64,000 nucleotides of DNA, from the NCBI GenBank assembly GCA_021798955.1, contig JAJZBK010000002.1, positions 15,650 to 79,649 on the forward strand, read 5' to 3'. The notes under the pieces were generated by a model. It had not been told where the DNA came from, searched no databases, and worked only from the letters and a program-made list of their open reading frames with translations. Source of the DNA: Actinomycetes bacterium (GTDB lineage: Bacteria; Actinomycetota; Acidimicrobiia; Acidimicrobiales; RAAP-2). Positions 26,284-37,023 of the stretch are shown piece after piece. Every line of letters starts with the position of its first letter. The stretch's first letter is position 1. A program made the position numbers and the translations under genes.

Positions 26284-27372
26284 TCAGAGGGCGAGCTCGG
26301 CCAGGACTGCTCCGAGCTCAGCGTCGATCGCCGTCGGCACCGAGATCTGACTGATGGCGATGTCGGGGTCCTTCAGCCCGTGCCCGGTGAGCACGCACAC
26401 CACGGTGGGGGCGGGACCCAACCCGTCGGGCAGTCCCGTCGCCAGCAGGCCGGCCACCGAGGCGGCTGAGGCAGGTTCGCAGAAGACCGACTCCTCGGTG
26501 GCGAGGAACCGGTAAGCAGCGAGGATCTGCTCGTCGGTGACCGCGGCGATCCCCCCGCCCGACTCTGCTGCGGCAGCCGTCGCCCCATACCAGCTCGCTG
26601 GGTTGCCGATGCGAATGGCAGTGGCGACCGTCTCGGGACGCTCGATGGGGTGCCCGGCGACGATCGGCGCGGCGCCGGCAGCCTGAAAGCCCAACATGCG
26701 GGGCAACCGGGTCGACCTCCCGGCCTCGCGGTACTCGAGGTATCCCTTCCAGTAGGCGGTGATGTTCCCGGCGTTGCCCACCGGAATGCAGTGGACGTCG
26801 GGGGCGTCCCCCAGGGCGTCGACGAGCTCGAAGGCGCCCGACTTCTGGCCCTCGATCCGGAAGGGGTTGACCGAGTTGACGACGGTGACGGGTGCCCGCT
26901 CGCCCAGCTCGCGCACGATGGTGAGCGCCTGGTCGAAGTTCCCCCGGACCTGGAGGACCTTGGCCCCGTGGATCAGGGCCTGGGCCAGCTTGCCGAGGGC
27001 GATGTGACCCTCGGGGATGAGCACGGCACACGTCAGGCCGGCGCGGGCGGCGAAGGCGGCGGCCGAGGCGGACGTGTTGCCGGTCGACGCGCACACGACC
27101 GCCTTCGCTCCCTGCTCGGCCGCCTTCGAGATGGCCACCGTCATGCCCCGGTCCTTGAACGACCCGGTAGGGTTCGCTCCTTCGACCTTCAGCAGGACCC
27201 GGGCACCGACGCGTTCGGAGAGCCGGGGGGCAGGGACAAGCGGCGTTCCACCTTCGAGCAGGGTGACGACCGGGGTCGCCTCTGACACGGGAAGGAACTC
27301 GCGGTACTCCTCGATCACCCCGCGCCACGGCTGGCGCGCCGCCGGAGCGCCCGCCTCTCCCACCGGTGTCAT
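26284..27372 (-). CDS. thrC: Threonine synthase
   Basis: PLP-lysine motif [10 protein letters not shown]. The start was chosen at the ATG at 27372 (GAGGG upstream); the ORF maximum is 27396. Confidence 0.9.
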   Translation of the reverse strand: MTPVGEAGAPAARQPWRGVIEEYREFLPVSEATPVVTLLEGGTPLVPAPRLSERVGARVLLKVEGANPTGSFKDRGMTVAISKAAEQGAKAVVCASTGNTSASAAAFAARAGLTCAVLIPEGHIALGKLAQALIHGAKVLQVRGNFDQALTIVRELGERAPVTVVNSVNPFRIEGQKSGAFELVDALGDAPDVHCIPVGNAGNITAYWKGYLEYREAGRSTRLPRMLGFQAAGAAPIVAGHPIERPETVATAIRIGNPASWYGATAAAAESGGGIAAVTDEQILAAYRFLATEESVFCEPASAASVAGLLATGLPDGLGPAPTVVCVLTGHGLKDPDIAISQISVPTAIDAELGAVLAELAL

Positions 27373-27380
27373 CGGGCCAG

Positions 27381-28730
27381 TCACCCTCGCCCCCACGGCA
27401 GGATCCGCACGGCGTTGGCCACCCGGACGACACCAGGCACGCCGCCGAGGTCGTCGAGGGTGGCGACCACGTCGCCGGTCGTGGCCTCGTGGGTCACGAA
27501 GAGGAGCCGAGCCATCCCCGCGGCGTCGCGCCCGGCGGCGCCTTCCTCGTCGGCCAGGCGCTCGGGCGTCTCCTGCTCCATGGAGCTGATGGAGACGCCG
27601 TGGTGGCCGAAGGCCGTCGCCACCGCGCCGAGGACGCCCGGACGGTCCTCGACGTCGAGGCGTACGTAGTAGCGCGAGCGGAGCCCCTCGAGCGGTTCGA
27701 GGTGCACCGGGCTCCGCTCTGGCGTCGGCGCCGTCGTCCCCGAGAGCAGGTTCCGGGCAGCGTCGATGACGTCTCCCACCACGGCGCTGGCCGTGGGCAG
27801 ACCGCCTGCCCCCTGGCCGTAGAGCATGAGCTCGCCGGCAGCCTCGCCTTCGACGAAGACGGCGTTGAAGGCGTCACGGACGCCAGCGAGTGGGTGGTGG
27901 CGCGACACCAGCGTGGGGTGCACCCGCACCGATACCGAGCCCACGCCGAGCCGCTCGACGACGGCGAGGAGCTTGATCACGTGTCCCGAGCGGCGGGCAA
28001 AGGCCACGTCGGGCTGCTCGATCGACGTGATCCCCTCGCAGTGGACCTGGTCCACCGACACGTCGTACCCGAAGGCGACACCGGCCAGGATGGCCGCCTT
28101 GGCGGCCGCGTCGTACCCGGCGACGTCCGCGGTGGGGTCCCGCTCGGCGAGCCCGAGCCGCTGGGCCTCGGCGAGCACCGCCTCGTAGGGCTCGTCGCCC
28201 TCGTCCATCTTCGTCAGCAGGTAGTTCGTCGTGCCGTTGACGATCCCCATCACCCGTACGATGCGCTCGCCGGTCAGCGACTGGCGTAAGGCCCGCACCA
28301 GGGGGATGGCGCCCGCGACCGCCGCCTCGTAGAGGAGGTCGACCCCTCGGGAGCGGGCGAGCGAGCGGAGCCGGGCGCCCTCCGGCGAGGCGAGCAACGC
28401 CTTGTTGGCGGTCACCACCGGCTTGCCGGCCTCGAGAGCGGCTCGCACCAGGGGGCCGGCCACGTCGACCCCGCCGATCAGCTCGACGACGACGTCGACG
28501 GTGGGGTCGGCGACCACAGCAGTCGCATCACCGGTCACCAGCGCTCCCGGCACCGCGTCGGGGCGCTGCTTGGCCACGTCGGCCACGGCCACGGCGACCA
28601 CCTCGAGCCGGGCACCGGCCTGGACGGCGAGGTCTGCGGCACGCTCGCGGAGCAGGCCCACCACCGGTGCCGCCACCGTGCCGCCACCGAGCACGCCGAT
28701 ACGAACGGTGCGCGACGGTGCCGAGGTCAC
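27381..28730 (-). CDS. hom: Homoserine dehydrogenase (with C-terminal ACT domain)
   Basis: NAD fold IGVLGGGTV, catalytic domain ([11 protein letters not shown]), and an ACT-like C-terminus ([14 protein letters not shown]). Confidence 0.9.
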   Translation of the reverse strand: MTSAPSRTVRIGVLGGGTVAAPVVGLLRERAADLAVQAGARLEVVAVAVADVAKQRPDAVPGALVTGDATAVVADPTVDVVVELIGGVDVAGPLVRAALEAGKPVVTANKALLASPEGARLRSLARSRGVDLLYEAAVAGAIPLVRALRQSLTGERIVRVMGIVNGTTNYLLTKMDEGDEPYEAVLAEAQRLGLAERDPTADVAGYDAAAKAAILAGVAFGYDVSVDQVHCEGITSIEQPDVAFARRSGHVIKLLAVVERLGVGSVSVRVHPTLVSRHHPLAGVRDAFNAVFVEGEAAGELMLYGQGAGGLPTASAVVGDVIDAARNLLSGTTAPTPERSPVHLEPLEGLRSRYYVRLDVEDRPGVLGAVATAFGHHGVSISSMEQETPERLADEEGAAGRDAAGMARLLFVTHEATTGDVVATLDDLGGVPGVVRVANAVRILPWGRG

Positions 28731-28800
28731 CCGGTCACGCTAGCGCCTGGCAACGGACCGGGTCGGTGCCCGAGGTCCGCTGGGGTGGCAGGAGGCCGGC

Positions 28801-30186
28801 TCACGGGACGTCGAGGCGCAGGAGGTCGTCGAGCGTCTCGCGGCGGACGACGGTACGGGCCTGACCACCGGCCACGAAGACCACCTCGGGACGGGGGACC
28901 TTGTTGTAGTTGCTCGCCATGGAGTAGCCGTACGCCCCGGTGACCGGCGTGGCGACGACGTCGCCGACCATGAGGTCCTCGGGGACCCATCCCTCCGAGA
29001 CGACCACGTCTCCGGTCTCGCAGTGCTTACCGACCAGCCGGATCGCCCGGGGGCGGGTGGCGGCGACCTCGCGGGGCAGGAACGTTTCGTACCCGCTGCC
29101 GTAGAGCACCGGGCGGGGATTGTCGCTCATGCCTCCGTCGACGGCCACGTAGGTCCGGAACCCGGCCACGTCCTTGACCGTCCCGACCGTGTAGAGGGTG
29201 AGCCCCGCCGTCGCCACGATGGAGCGACCGGGCTCGGCGGTGACCCGGACCGAGGGGGCAACGCCGGCGGCGGTGCACGCCTCCCGCACGGAGGACGCCC
29301 AGGATGCCAACGAGGGAGCTTCTTCACCGGCGACGTAGGCAACCCCCAGCCCACCGCCCACCACCAGTTCGGGGAGCTCGAGGGGGGCGACGAAGGTGGC
29401 GAGGACGTCCACGGCCTCGGCGAAGGGAGCGAGCGCGAAGACCTGACTGCCGAGGTGGGCGTGGACACCGACCAGCTCGAGGCGGCCGGCTCGTTCGAGG
29501 CCCTGGAGCCGGGCGATCGCCGCAGCGGCGTCCCCCGATGCCACGCCGAAGCCGAACTTCGAGTCGAGCTGGCCCGTACGAACGAACTCGTGGGTGTGGA
29601 CCTCGACGCCCGGCGTCACCCGGACGAGCACCCGGGGACGGAGCGGACCGTCGAGCGGCGAGACACGTGGGTCGGTCAGGCGCTCCAGACGGTCGATCTC
29701 GTCGAAGGAGTCGACGACGATCCTCCCCACGCCGGCCTGCAAGGCGGCGGCCAGCTCGAGAATGGACTTGTTGTTGCCATGGAGCACCAGCCGGCCAGCG
29801 GGCACGCCGGCTGCCAGCGCCACGTGCAGCTCGCCACCGGTCGACACGTCGAGGCACAGCCCCTCCTCGTGGGCGAGGCGGGCCATGGCCAGGCACAAGA
29901 AGGCCTTGGTGGCGTAGGCGACGCCGTCGCCCCAGGCGTCACGCGCCTCGCGGCAACGGGCACGGAGATGGTCCTCGTCGTACACGAACAGCGGTGTACC
30001 GCGCTCCCGGGCCAGCTCCACGACGTCGACGCCCCCCACGTGCAGGTGTCCCCAGTCGTCGACGGTGGCACTCTCCGGCAACAGGTTCCATCCCACCGGG
30101 TCGTTCGGCCCGGGCTTCGGCGCCACGCCGGGGCTCCCGCCGCGAGCGGTCTCGTTCGGACCAGGCGGGCGAGCGGTGTCGTTCAC
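28801..30186 (-). CDS. lysA: Diaminopimelate decarboxylase
   Basis: The in-frame GTG at 30186 overlaps the argS stop (GTGA), giving 461 aa. It is an Orn/DAP/Arg decarboxylase fold (YATKAF, GGGLGV, CETGD). Confidence 0.9.
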   Translation of the reverse strand: MNDTARPPGPNETARGGSPGVAPKPGPNDPVGWNLLPESATVDDWGHLHVGGVDVVELARERGTPLFVYDEDHLRARCREARDAWGDGVAYATKAFLCLAMARLAHEEGLCLDVSTGGELHVALAAGVPAGRLVLHGNNKSILELAAALQAGVGRIVVDSFDEIDRLERLTDPRVSPLDGPLRPRVLVRVTPGVEVHTHEFVRTGQLDSKFGFGVASGDAAAAIARLQGLERAGRLELVGVHAHLGSQVFALAPFAEAVDVLATFVAPLELPELVVGGGLGVAYVAGEEAPSLASWASSVREACTAAGVAPSVRVTAEPGRSIVATAGLTLYTVGTVKDVAGFRTYVAVDGGMSDNPRPVLYGSGYETFLPREVAATRPRAIRLVGKHCETGDVVVSEGWVPEDLMVGDVVATPVTGAYGYSMASNYNKVPRPEVVFVAGGQARTVVRRETLDDLLRLDVP

Positions 30187-31823
30187 ATCGACTCCGGGGC
30201 CGAGATACCGAGGAGCGATAGCCCGATGGCGAGACCGATGCGCGTCCCTTCCACGAGCCACAGCCGAGCCTGGGCGAGACGAGGGTCGACGTCGTCGGCC
30301 AGCACCGGGCAGTCGTGGTAGAAGCCGTGGAAACAACCGGCCAGTCGGCGCACCCAGGTGGTGACCTTGGTCGGCGCTCGGTCCACGGCGGCCTCGGCCA
30401 CCACCTCGGGGAGCACTTCGAGGGTGCGGATCAGCTCGAGCTCGCGACCGTGGACGAGCACGGCGAGATCGACCTCCTCGCGAGGACGGCGGACGATGCC
30501 TCGTTCCGCCGCCTTCCGGCCGATCGCGGCGATGCGCGCGCTCGCGTACTGCACGTAGAAGACGGGGTTCTCCATCGACTGCTCGCGCGCCGTGGCCAGG
30601 TCGAACGTCGTCGCCTGGTCGAGCGAGCTCATGAGACTGAGCAACCGGGTGGCGTCGGGGCCGATGTCGGCCACGAGCGTGTCGAGGGCGACGGCCGTGC
30701 CCGCCCGCTTCCCCATCTTGACGGTCTCGTCACCGTCCACGAGGGACACCATCTGGCCCAGCTTGACCTCGAGCCGGCTCGGGTCGACGCCGAGGGCCTC
30801 GACGCCGGCGACCAGGCTCGCCACCTGGCCGTGATGGTCGGCACCGAAGACGTCGATGACCCGGTCGAAGCCGCGTACGAGGAACTTGTCGCGGTGGTAG
30901 GCGAGGTCACCGGCGAGGTAGGTGGCGTCACCGTTGGACTTGCGCAGGACACGGTCTCGGGTGTCGCCGAGCTCGCTCGCCCGGAACCACGTCGCCCCGT
31001 CCTGTTCGAAGACGAGCCCCTTGGCAGCCAGCGCGGCGATGGTCTCGTCGACGGCCCCGCTCTCCTCGATCGACGCCTGGCTGTACCACTCGTCGAAGAC
31101 GATGCCCACTGACGCCAGGGTGGCCTTGATCCGCTCGAGGATGCGCTCGGCGGCGAACCGCCCGGCCGTCGTCACATCGTCCGGTCCGTCGTAGGCACGG
31201 GCCAGCTCAGTCACGTACTCGCCCCGATAGCCGTCCTCGGGCACCTCCGTGCCGTTCCGGCGGGCCAGCAAGCTGGCCCCCAGGCGACGGATCTGGCCTC
31301 CGGTGTCGTTGACGTAGTACTCACGGCTCACCTGGTAGCCCGACCGAGCGAGGACCCGGGCAAGGGCGTCTCCGTAACTCCCCCACCAGCCGTTGCCCAC
31401 GTGGATGGGACCCGTCGGGTTCGCCGAGATGAACTCGACCTGCACGCGTTCGCCGTGGCCGACGTCAGGGCGGGCGTAGCCGTCCTCGCCGGCTTCGAGC
31501 ACCTCGCCGAGCGCTTCGTGGAGCCAGCCGACGTCGAGGCGGAAGTTGACGAAGCCGGGCCCGGCGACCTCGACACCCACGACATGGTCGACGGACTGCG
31601 CGGTGAGTGCCGCAGCCAGCTCCGCGCCGAGGGCTCGCGGGTTGAGCCCGACTCGTTTGGCCAGCACCAGGGCAGCGTTGGTCGACCAGTCGCCGTGCTC
31701 CCGACGGGCGGGGCGCTCGAGGTGGACGTCCTCGGGGACGACGAACGCTCCGGCGTCACGGACGGCGGGCAGGAGCACCAGGGCGTCGGCCACGGCACGG
31801 GCGAGGCGGTCTCGGATCGGCAT
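30183..31823 (-). CDS. argS: Arginine--tRNA ligase
   Basis: 546 aa with a class I HIGH-like motif (SANPTGPIHVGN) and the DALR anticodon-binding domain. Confidence 0.95.
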   Translation of the reverse strand: MPIRDRLARAVADALVLLPAVRDAGAFVVPEDVHLERPARREHGDWSTNAALVLAKRVGLNPRALGAELAAALTAQSVDHVVGVEVAGPGFVNFRLDVGWLHEALGEVLEAGEDGYARPDVGHGERVQVEFISANPTGPIHVGNGWWGSYGDALARVLARSGYQVSREYYVNDTGGQIRRLGASLLARRNGTEVPEDGYRGEYVTELARAYDGPDDVTTAGRFAAERILERIKATLASVGIVFDEWYSQASIEESGAVDETIAALAAKGLVFEQDGATWFRASELGDTRDRVLRKSNGDATYLAGDLAYHRDKFLVRGFDRVIDVFGADHHGQVASLVAGVEALGVDPSRLEVKLGQMVSLVDGDETVKMGKRAGTAVALDTLVADIGPDATRLLSLMSSLDQATTFDLATAREQSMENPVFYVQYASARIAAIGRKAAERGIVRRPREEVDLAVLVHGRELELIRTLEVLPEVVAEAAVDRAPTKVTTWVRRLAGCFHGFYHDCPVLADDVDPRLAQARLWLVEGTRIGLAIGLSLLGISAPESM

Positions 31824-31947
31824 GTACCGCCGAGGATACGTGCTGGCGACGAGGTATCCGGGCTACCCGGCCACGGCGCCGGACTACAGTGAGGGTCCCA
31901 GCGAAGACGCCGTCCCGACTGGCGGTCGGGGTGGCGCCGCGTTGTCT

Positions 31948-32022
31948 GCCCTCGTAGCTCAGCGGATAGAGCATCGGCCTCCGGAGCCGTGTGCGCAGGT
32001 TCGAGTCCTGCCGAGGGCGCCA
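31948..32022 (+). tRNA. tRNA-Arg (anticodon CCG), CCA encoded
   Basis: Hand-folded cloverleaf. The acceptor stem is gccctcg/cgagggc, the D-arm gctc-agcggata-gagc, the anticodon loop cuCCGga and the T-arm gcagg-ttcgagt-cctgc. The discriminator is g, followed by cca. Confidence 0.9.
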
Positions 32023-32092
32023 CATCCGCTACCAGCGTCTTCATCAGGTTGGACCTCCACGGCGCGAACCACTACGCCGTACAGTGGTTCTC

Positions 32093-32293
32093 GTGCAGTT
32101 CACGGCAGCGGTCACGCACGAGGGTGGGTGGTACGTTGCGCGCGCCCTGGAGGTCGAGGTGACCAGCCAGGGACGGACGGTCGACGAGGCCTTGGCGAAC
32201 TTGCGGGAAGCGCTCGAGCTGTATTTCGAGGACGAGACCATGCCCGAGGTCGTCGAACCTCCCATCATCGCGACGGTCCAGCTGTCGGCGTGA
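32093..32293 (+). CDS. hicB: HicB-family antitoxin
   Basis: VQFTAAVTHEGGWYVARALEVEVTSQGRTVDEALANLREALELYFED has the typical HicB N-terminal fold. An alternative GTG is at 32084. The stop overlaps the hicA start. Confidence 0.75.
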   Translation: MQFTAAVTHEGGWYVARALEVEVTSQGRTVDEALANLREALELYFEDETMPEVVEPPIIATVQLSA

Positions 32294-32508
32294 GCCCGGC
32301 ACTGCCGGTCGTCGGTGGTGCCGACGTCATCGCCGCCTTGTCCAAGGCCGGTTTCGTGCAGGTGAGTCAGCGAGGCAGCCACGTCAAGCTCCGAGGCGGC
32401 GATCGAACGGTCATCGTGCCGATGCATCGGGAGCTTGCGACCGGCACCCTCCGCTCGGTGCTCAGACAGGCGGGTCTCACGCCCGCGGAGTTCTTCGCGC
32501 TTCTCTGA
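32290..32508 (+). CDS. hicA: HicA-family mRNA-interferase toxin
   Basis: 72 aa reading ...VIAALSKAGFVQVSQRGSHVKLRGGDRTVIVPMHRELATGTLRSVLRQAGL, which is YcfA/HicA-like. It has a GTGA overlap with hicB. Confidence 0.8.
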   Translation: MSPALPVVGGADVIAALSKAGFVQVSQRGSHVKLRGGDRTVIVPMHRELATGTLRSVLRQAGLTPAEFFALL

Positions 32509-32867
32509 CGCCCTCACGTGGCGTAGCCCTCACGGCGCACTTTGTTGTGCCGGCCGGCCAGGGTGATGGCCGGCCCCTCCACCAACGGACCGAGGTTCGC
32601 ATTCTGGGAGGCTGGGGGCGCCACGCAGATGGGAAACGGCGGCCCGTTGACCGAGGCGCCGCTTCTCGCCGACGGTCCGCTTGGCGGAGAGCGCGATGAC
32701 GTTGCTGCCGACATAGTCGACGGCGTCCTCCGCGATGGTGGCTCGGACGAGGGCGTGGTGGTCGGCCTGGTGGTAGCGAACCTCGAGCCGGAAGCCTTCG
32801 AACAGCAGCCGCAGGATGTGGTGGGGGGCGTCGAGGTTGGCGGCTTGCTCGATGACGCCGCGCCCGG

Positions 32868-35606
32868 CTACACCGACGCCTTACGGACGTCCACGCGGAT
32901 CATGCGGTCGAACTGCACGGGCTGCCACTGGTTCGGCGTGAAGCGCAGGTGGCCCCAGCCGTCGGCCAGGTGCAACCACTTGACCATGCCGGGCTCGATC
33001 ACCGTGCCGTCGTACCAGCCGGCGAACCCGTACGGCTCCCAGGCGGCGTACAGGACGACCTGGCCCGGGCGCGGTCCTGGCGCGACCCGCGCGTGCACGG
33101 TGAAGGAGCCGAGGTCGTTGCGGACCTCCACCTCGTCGTCGTCCGCGATGCCGAGCGCTGCAGCGTCGTTGAGGTTGATCACCAGTGTCGGGTGGCCCCG
33201 TGTCGTCTCGAGCATGAGGGGGTTGGTGGCGTTGCAGGCATGGATGGACCAGCGGGGGTGCCCGCCGGTGAGCACGAACGGGTGGTCGCCGCCGTGCGCA
33301 GGTGCGTCCTTGTGGACGGGCAGCTCCTCGCCAGCCTCGAGGAACCACGGGTGGTCGACGTAAAAGGTCGCCCGGCCCGTGGTGGTGGCGTACGGCACGC
33401 CGTCCTCCACGTGCCAGCGAAAGGCGCTGAAGGTCTCGTCTGCCCGCAGCTCGGACCCGATGAGCCGGCCCGCTGGGAACACGCCATTGCCCTGCGCCGG
33501 TGCGAAGCCCCGCTGGCGCAGGGTCGTGAGCGACAAGTCCTCGCTGAACACGCCGGACAGGGCGCTGTCGCGCACCAACACGTCGAGGAGCGCCTCGTCC
33601 GATCGCAGCCTGCCGTCACGGTGCATGACCTTCCCGACGTCGCCAAGCGGGTGGGGAGCAGCTCGGCCGACGACCCGGTCGGCCATGCCCCGGGCCCGGG
33701 CCCGGTCGGCCACGGCGTCGGCGATGTCGCAGAAGATCTGCCAGTCCGAGCGGGCCTCGCCTGCCGGCTCGTGCACCTTGTCCGAGAAGGCCAGGTCGAG
33801 CGAGTGGGCGATGGGGTACTGCAGGTTGACCCGCTCGGCGTCGTAGGCGGCCGGCAGCAGCAGGTCGGCGTGCAGGCCCGCGCCGTTCATGCGCTGGTCG
33901 ACCGACACCACGAGCTTGAGCTCGGGCCACAGGTGCCGCAGCAGCATCCGCCGGCCGCCGCGGGTGCGGCGCAGTGTGCTCGTGCCCGGTTGGAACAGCA
34001 CTCGCGGGGTGCAATCCGGCGCGGGACGCAGGTATGGCGCCCACGACCGGCGGGCCTCGGCGATGTACTCCGCCATGGGCCGGGGGGAGCCGCCCCACGC
34101 CGGGTTGCTCCAGATGTCGCCGTAGCCGCAGTGGTCCAGCCAGTAGAAGAATGGCGGCGTGGTCGTGCTCGTGGCCGCCGCCGTCGACATGAGATCCCAG
34201 AAGGCCGGCCGGGGTAGCGGCGGCGGCACCCCCGTACCCGGATCGGGCTCGCCGAAGAGCATCCTCGCCATCGAGAACACCGCCTCGGCACCCTCGATCC
34301 CGCCAGTGCTCATCTGCTGTACGAGCGAGCCGTCGAAGGGCATCACCGCGTACGTGTCGTGTCCCCGGCCCTGACCGCCCCAGTTGCCGGTCAGGGCGAG
34401 CAGCAGGTCCATCGACCGTTCCATCAGGTCGCCGTGGTAGTGCTTGGGGGTGTCGAAGCCCTCCACGATCTTGGTGCGCTTGGCCGCCACCTTGCGTGCG
34501 AGCATGCGGATCGTGTCGGGGTGCACCCCGCAGATCGCCGAGGCCGCCTCCGGCCCGTACGCCTGCAGGCGCTCGACCAGCAGCTCGAACGCCGGCGTGA
34601 CCTCGACGGCTGTCCCGTCCTCCAGCCTGACGGTGAACCGGCCCCAGAGCGCTGGCGCGAATGACAGCCGCAGCGTGTCGTCGCGAGCCTCGACGGCACC
34701 AGACGCCGGGTCCCAGTGGAAGAACCCGAGCTCGCTGCCTCCCTCGGCCAGGTCGGCCTGGCGGAGCAGTCGGCGCGTGTCGGTGCGCACCAGCAGGGAC
34801 AGGTCCGTCTGAGACGAGACGAACGCCTCGTCCATCAGCCCCTCGTCGACGACCACCCTGCACATGCCGAGCGCCAGCGCGGCGTCCGCGCCCGGGGCGA
34901 CCGGTACGAAGTAGTCGCAGTGCGGCGCCGAGGGGCTGTAGTCGGGGGCAATGAGGGCCACCTCGGCCCCGTGGTACCGCGCCTCGGTTAGGTAGTGGAA
35001 GTAGGGGATGCGGGTGTACGCCGGGTTGCAGTGCCACACGAGCACCAGCTCAGCGTGGAAGGTGTCGTCGGAGGCCGAGCCTCCGGCGATGTGGCCGTAC
35101 GTGACGTAGTGGCCCAACAGGACGTCGTTGACGGTGGAGATGCTGTCGAGCGACACGGCACCCAGGGCGGCCGCCAGCCCCATGTGGCCGGCGATCGACA
35201 GCATGCCGCCCTCGGCGCTCTCGTCGACCACCACCGCATCGGGCCCGGACTCCTCGATGGCGTCGAGCACGGCGTCGGCGACCTGGGCGAGCGCCTCATC
35301 CCACGAGATCTGCTCCCACCGTCCCGAGCCGCGCTCCCCCACCCGACGCATGGGGTGCAGTAGGCGGTCCTCACCGGTGAGCTGGCGGCTCCAGGCGGTG
35401 CCCTTCTGGCACCCCATGGGGTTCCGGTCGGGCACGCCGGGCTGCGTCGGAGGGTAGACGCCGGCCTGCTCCTCCCACAGCACCGCGCTGTCCGCCGCGA
35501 ACACTCGGTAGGTGCAGCTCGACAGGCAGTTGGTGCAGTGCGTGCCCCAGGCGACGCGTTCCCACGAGAAGCGCTGGCGGTAGCGTTGCTCGCTCGACGA
35601 GATCAT
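32868..35606 (-). CDS. Type-II DMSO-reductase-family molybdopterin oxidoreductase, orphan alpha paralogue 3
   Basis: The ATG at 35606 has AAGGAG 6 nt upstream, giving 912 aa. FS0 motif WGTHCTNCLSSCTYRV (H-x3-C-x3-C), then NPMGCQKG, and the NarG-D222-equivalent context TVNDVLLGH. There is no twin-arginine signal. Confidence 0.85.
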   Translation of the reverse strand: MISSSEQRYRQRFSWERVAWGTHCTNCLSSCTYRVFAADSAVLWEEQAGVYPPTQPGVPDRNPMGCQKGTAWSRQLTGEDRLLHPMRRVGERGSGRWEQISWDEALAQVADAVLDAIEESGPDAVVVDESAEGGMLSIAGHMGLAAALGAVSLDSISTVNDVLLGHYVTYGHIAGGSASDDTFHAELVLVWHCNPAYTRIPYFHYLTEARYHGAEVALIAPDYSPSAPHCDYFVPVAPGADAALALGMCRVVVDEGLMDEAFVSSQTDLSLLVRTDTRRLLRQADLAEGGSELGFFHWDPASGAVEARDDTLRLSFAPALWGRFTVRLEDGTAVEVTPAFELLVERLQAYGPEAASAICGVHPDTIRMLARKVAAKRTKIVEGFDTPKHYHGDLMERSMDLLLALTGNWGGQGRGHDTYAVMPFDGSLVQQMSTGGIEGAEAVFSMARMLFGEPDPGTGVPPPLPRPAFWDLMSTAAATSTTTPPFFYWLDHCGYGDIWSNPAWGGSPRPMAEYIAEARRSWAPYLRPAPDCTPRVLFQPGTSTLRRTRGGRRMLLRHLWPELKLVVSVDQRMNGAGLHADLLLPAAYDAERVNLQYPIAHSLDLAFSDKVHEPAGEARSDWQIFCDIADAVADRARARGMADRVVGRAAPHPLGDVGKVMHRDGRLRSDEALLDVLVRDSALSGVFSEDLSLTTLRQRGFAPAQGNGVFPAGRLIGSELRADETFSAFRWHVEDGVPYATTTGRATFYVDHPWFLEAGEELPVHKDAPAHGGDHPFVLTGGHPRWSIHACNATNPLMLETTRGHPTLVINLNDAAALGIADDDEVEVRNDLGSFTVHARVAPGPRPGQVVLYAAWEPYGFAGWYDGTVIEPGMVKWLHLADGWGHLRFTPNQWQPVQFDRMIRVDVRKASV

Positions 35607-36017
35607 GCGGGCTCCTTGGCCGGGTCCCCCGATGCTCTCACGGGAGCTCGGCCGGCATCGACAACAACTGGAGAACGCCTCGATCCGCGCTCGAGCCCGG
35701 CCCTGGCCGTGCCGGCGTGCTGGTCGTGGCGGACACGCGGGCACACGAGAGGCGGGGTTGGACACCGTCGGTGATCGCCAGCGGTGAGGCATCGGCCGGT
35801 GCTGCGGACAGCCGTGGCGGCCTTCTCGCCTGCAGGTGGAGCGGCACTTGCTCGGCCCGGTGGTTCCGACCCGGCGGCACGTGGGCCTGCACCCGTCCGG
35901 TCAGCCACGTCAGGGAGTGCGGCTGCGTCGGAGGGTGGCCTGGCCCTGCCGGCACAGAGGCCCAGCGGAGCGGCCGCCGTGACCGATGGGGTGAGGCCCA
36001 CGTGCCGGACCTGCACC

Positions 36018-36191
36018 GTCCCGCCGAGGGGGGCACTCGCCGACGACTGACGCACATGGGTCGACGGCTGGAACGAGAACCCCACGCCCTTCGTGTGGCA
36101 CAAGACCGCAGACCAGATGCTCGAGCGCCTTGCCGGCTCTGGCGGCGCCACCAACCAAGGGGGGTGGACATGCCGGTGCCAGCCGCCGTGA
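36018..36191 (+). pseudogene. IS630-family transposase C-terminal remnant
   Basis: Reads ...RGALADD*RTWVDGWNENPTPFVWHKTADQMLERL, the conserved IS630 C-terminal block xWNExxxPFxWTKTADeIL, with an in-frame TGA and no upstream DDE region. Confidence 0.6.
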
Positions 36192-36355
36192 CCCGTGCCG
36201 TCACCGGGTGGCAGCCGTCCAGCCCGACCCTGGTCGAGGACCTCGACGCCGGCCGGCTTGCAGGGTCGACCGCCTGACCGGCCGAACCTGGCGGCCACCT
36301 GGCCACGCGGCCGCTTCCCGCGGGTCGGACCACCCGCCCTCCTACGGCCGGGGCG

Positions 36356-36958
36356 TCATCGGGTGCCCGGCACCGGCCGCCGGTGGTAGAGGACCCCCTC
36401 CAGTGCGGCCAGCGACCCGGGCGGCGCCGGGTACGCCATCGGGTAGGACGACCGTGCCTGGCCCCCCAGGCCGTGGTCGTCGGTGGCCGAGCACCGTGCG
36501 GTGGCCCGTTCCAGGACGTCGAGGACGATGGCGATGAAGGCCACCTCGTCGGCCGGTTCGGCGTCGAGAAGGGAACGGGCCGCCGACGTCGCCGCCGCCA
36601 TCGAGGCCTGGTGGGCCTGCCACAGCGCCGCCTGGTCGTCACCGACAGCCGCTCCGACGTACGACGCCCACGCCCGGGCCGCGCCGGTGAGCTCGGCGTC
36701 CGCGCCGACCGTCACGTCGACCACGTCCAGCACCATGAGCCCGTTCACCGCCTTCCACCAGCGTGAGCCCGACGGCCCGTCCGCTACCCGGCCGCTCGTC
36801 ACCTCCCACTCGAGGAAGTCGGACAGTGCGGTGCCGAGCCCCAGGCCGGTGCGCCCGGGCCCCGGGTGGGCCGTGAAGAACGCGGCGAAAGCCTGGCGGC
36901 GGTCGTCCACCGCCAGCCCGATGGCCGCCTCCAACCGGTCTGCTTCGTTCCTCACCAT
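36356..36958 (-). CDS. Hypothetical 200-aa protein (last gene of the Mo-enzyme operon)
   Basis: The in-frame ATG at 36958 has GGGGAG upstream, 65 nt after the preceding gene. No motif was recognised. Confidence 0.5.
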   Translation of the reverse strand: MVRNEADRLEAAIGLAVDDRRQAFAAFFTAHPGPGRTGLGLGTALSDFLEWEVTSGRVADGPSGSRWWKAVNGLMVLDVVDVTVGADAELTGAARAWASYVGAAVGDDQAALWQAHQASMAAATSAARSLLDAEPADEVAFIAIVLDVLERATARCSATDDHGLGGQARSSYPMAYPAPPGSLAALEGVLYHRRPVPGTR

Positions 36959-37023
36959 CACCGTCTCCCCGGCGACGTCACCGCCGGCTCCGGGTGCGGC
37001 GCCAGCAGGACTGCTCCCCGGGC

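Noticed and set aside
32509-32867. A minus-strand frame with good codon bias (…VIEQAANLDAPHHILRLLFEGFRLEVRYHQADHHALVRATIAEDAVDYVGSNVIALSAKRTVGEKRRLGQ…) between hicA and alpha-3, vaguely reminiscent of a tyrosine-recombinase C-terminus (HxLR…H…Y)
   Set aside because: It has no ATG/GTG/TTG start, its upstream part overlaps the alpha-3 3' end, and the motif resemblance is too weak to call. It is noted only as a possible gene remnant to test by tblastn.
35603-36642. Minus-strand ORFs of 231 aa and 334 aa in the gap upstream of alpha-3
   Set aside because: They are Arg/Pro/Gly-rich with no motifs, overlap each other and the IS630 remnant, and have no SD. They are treated as non-coding.
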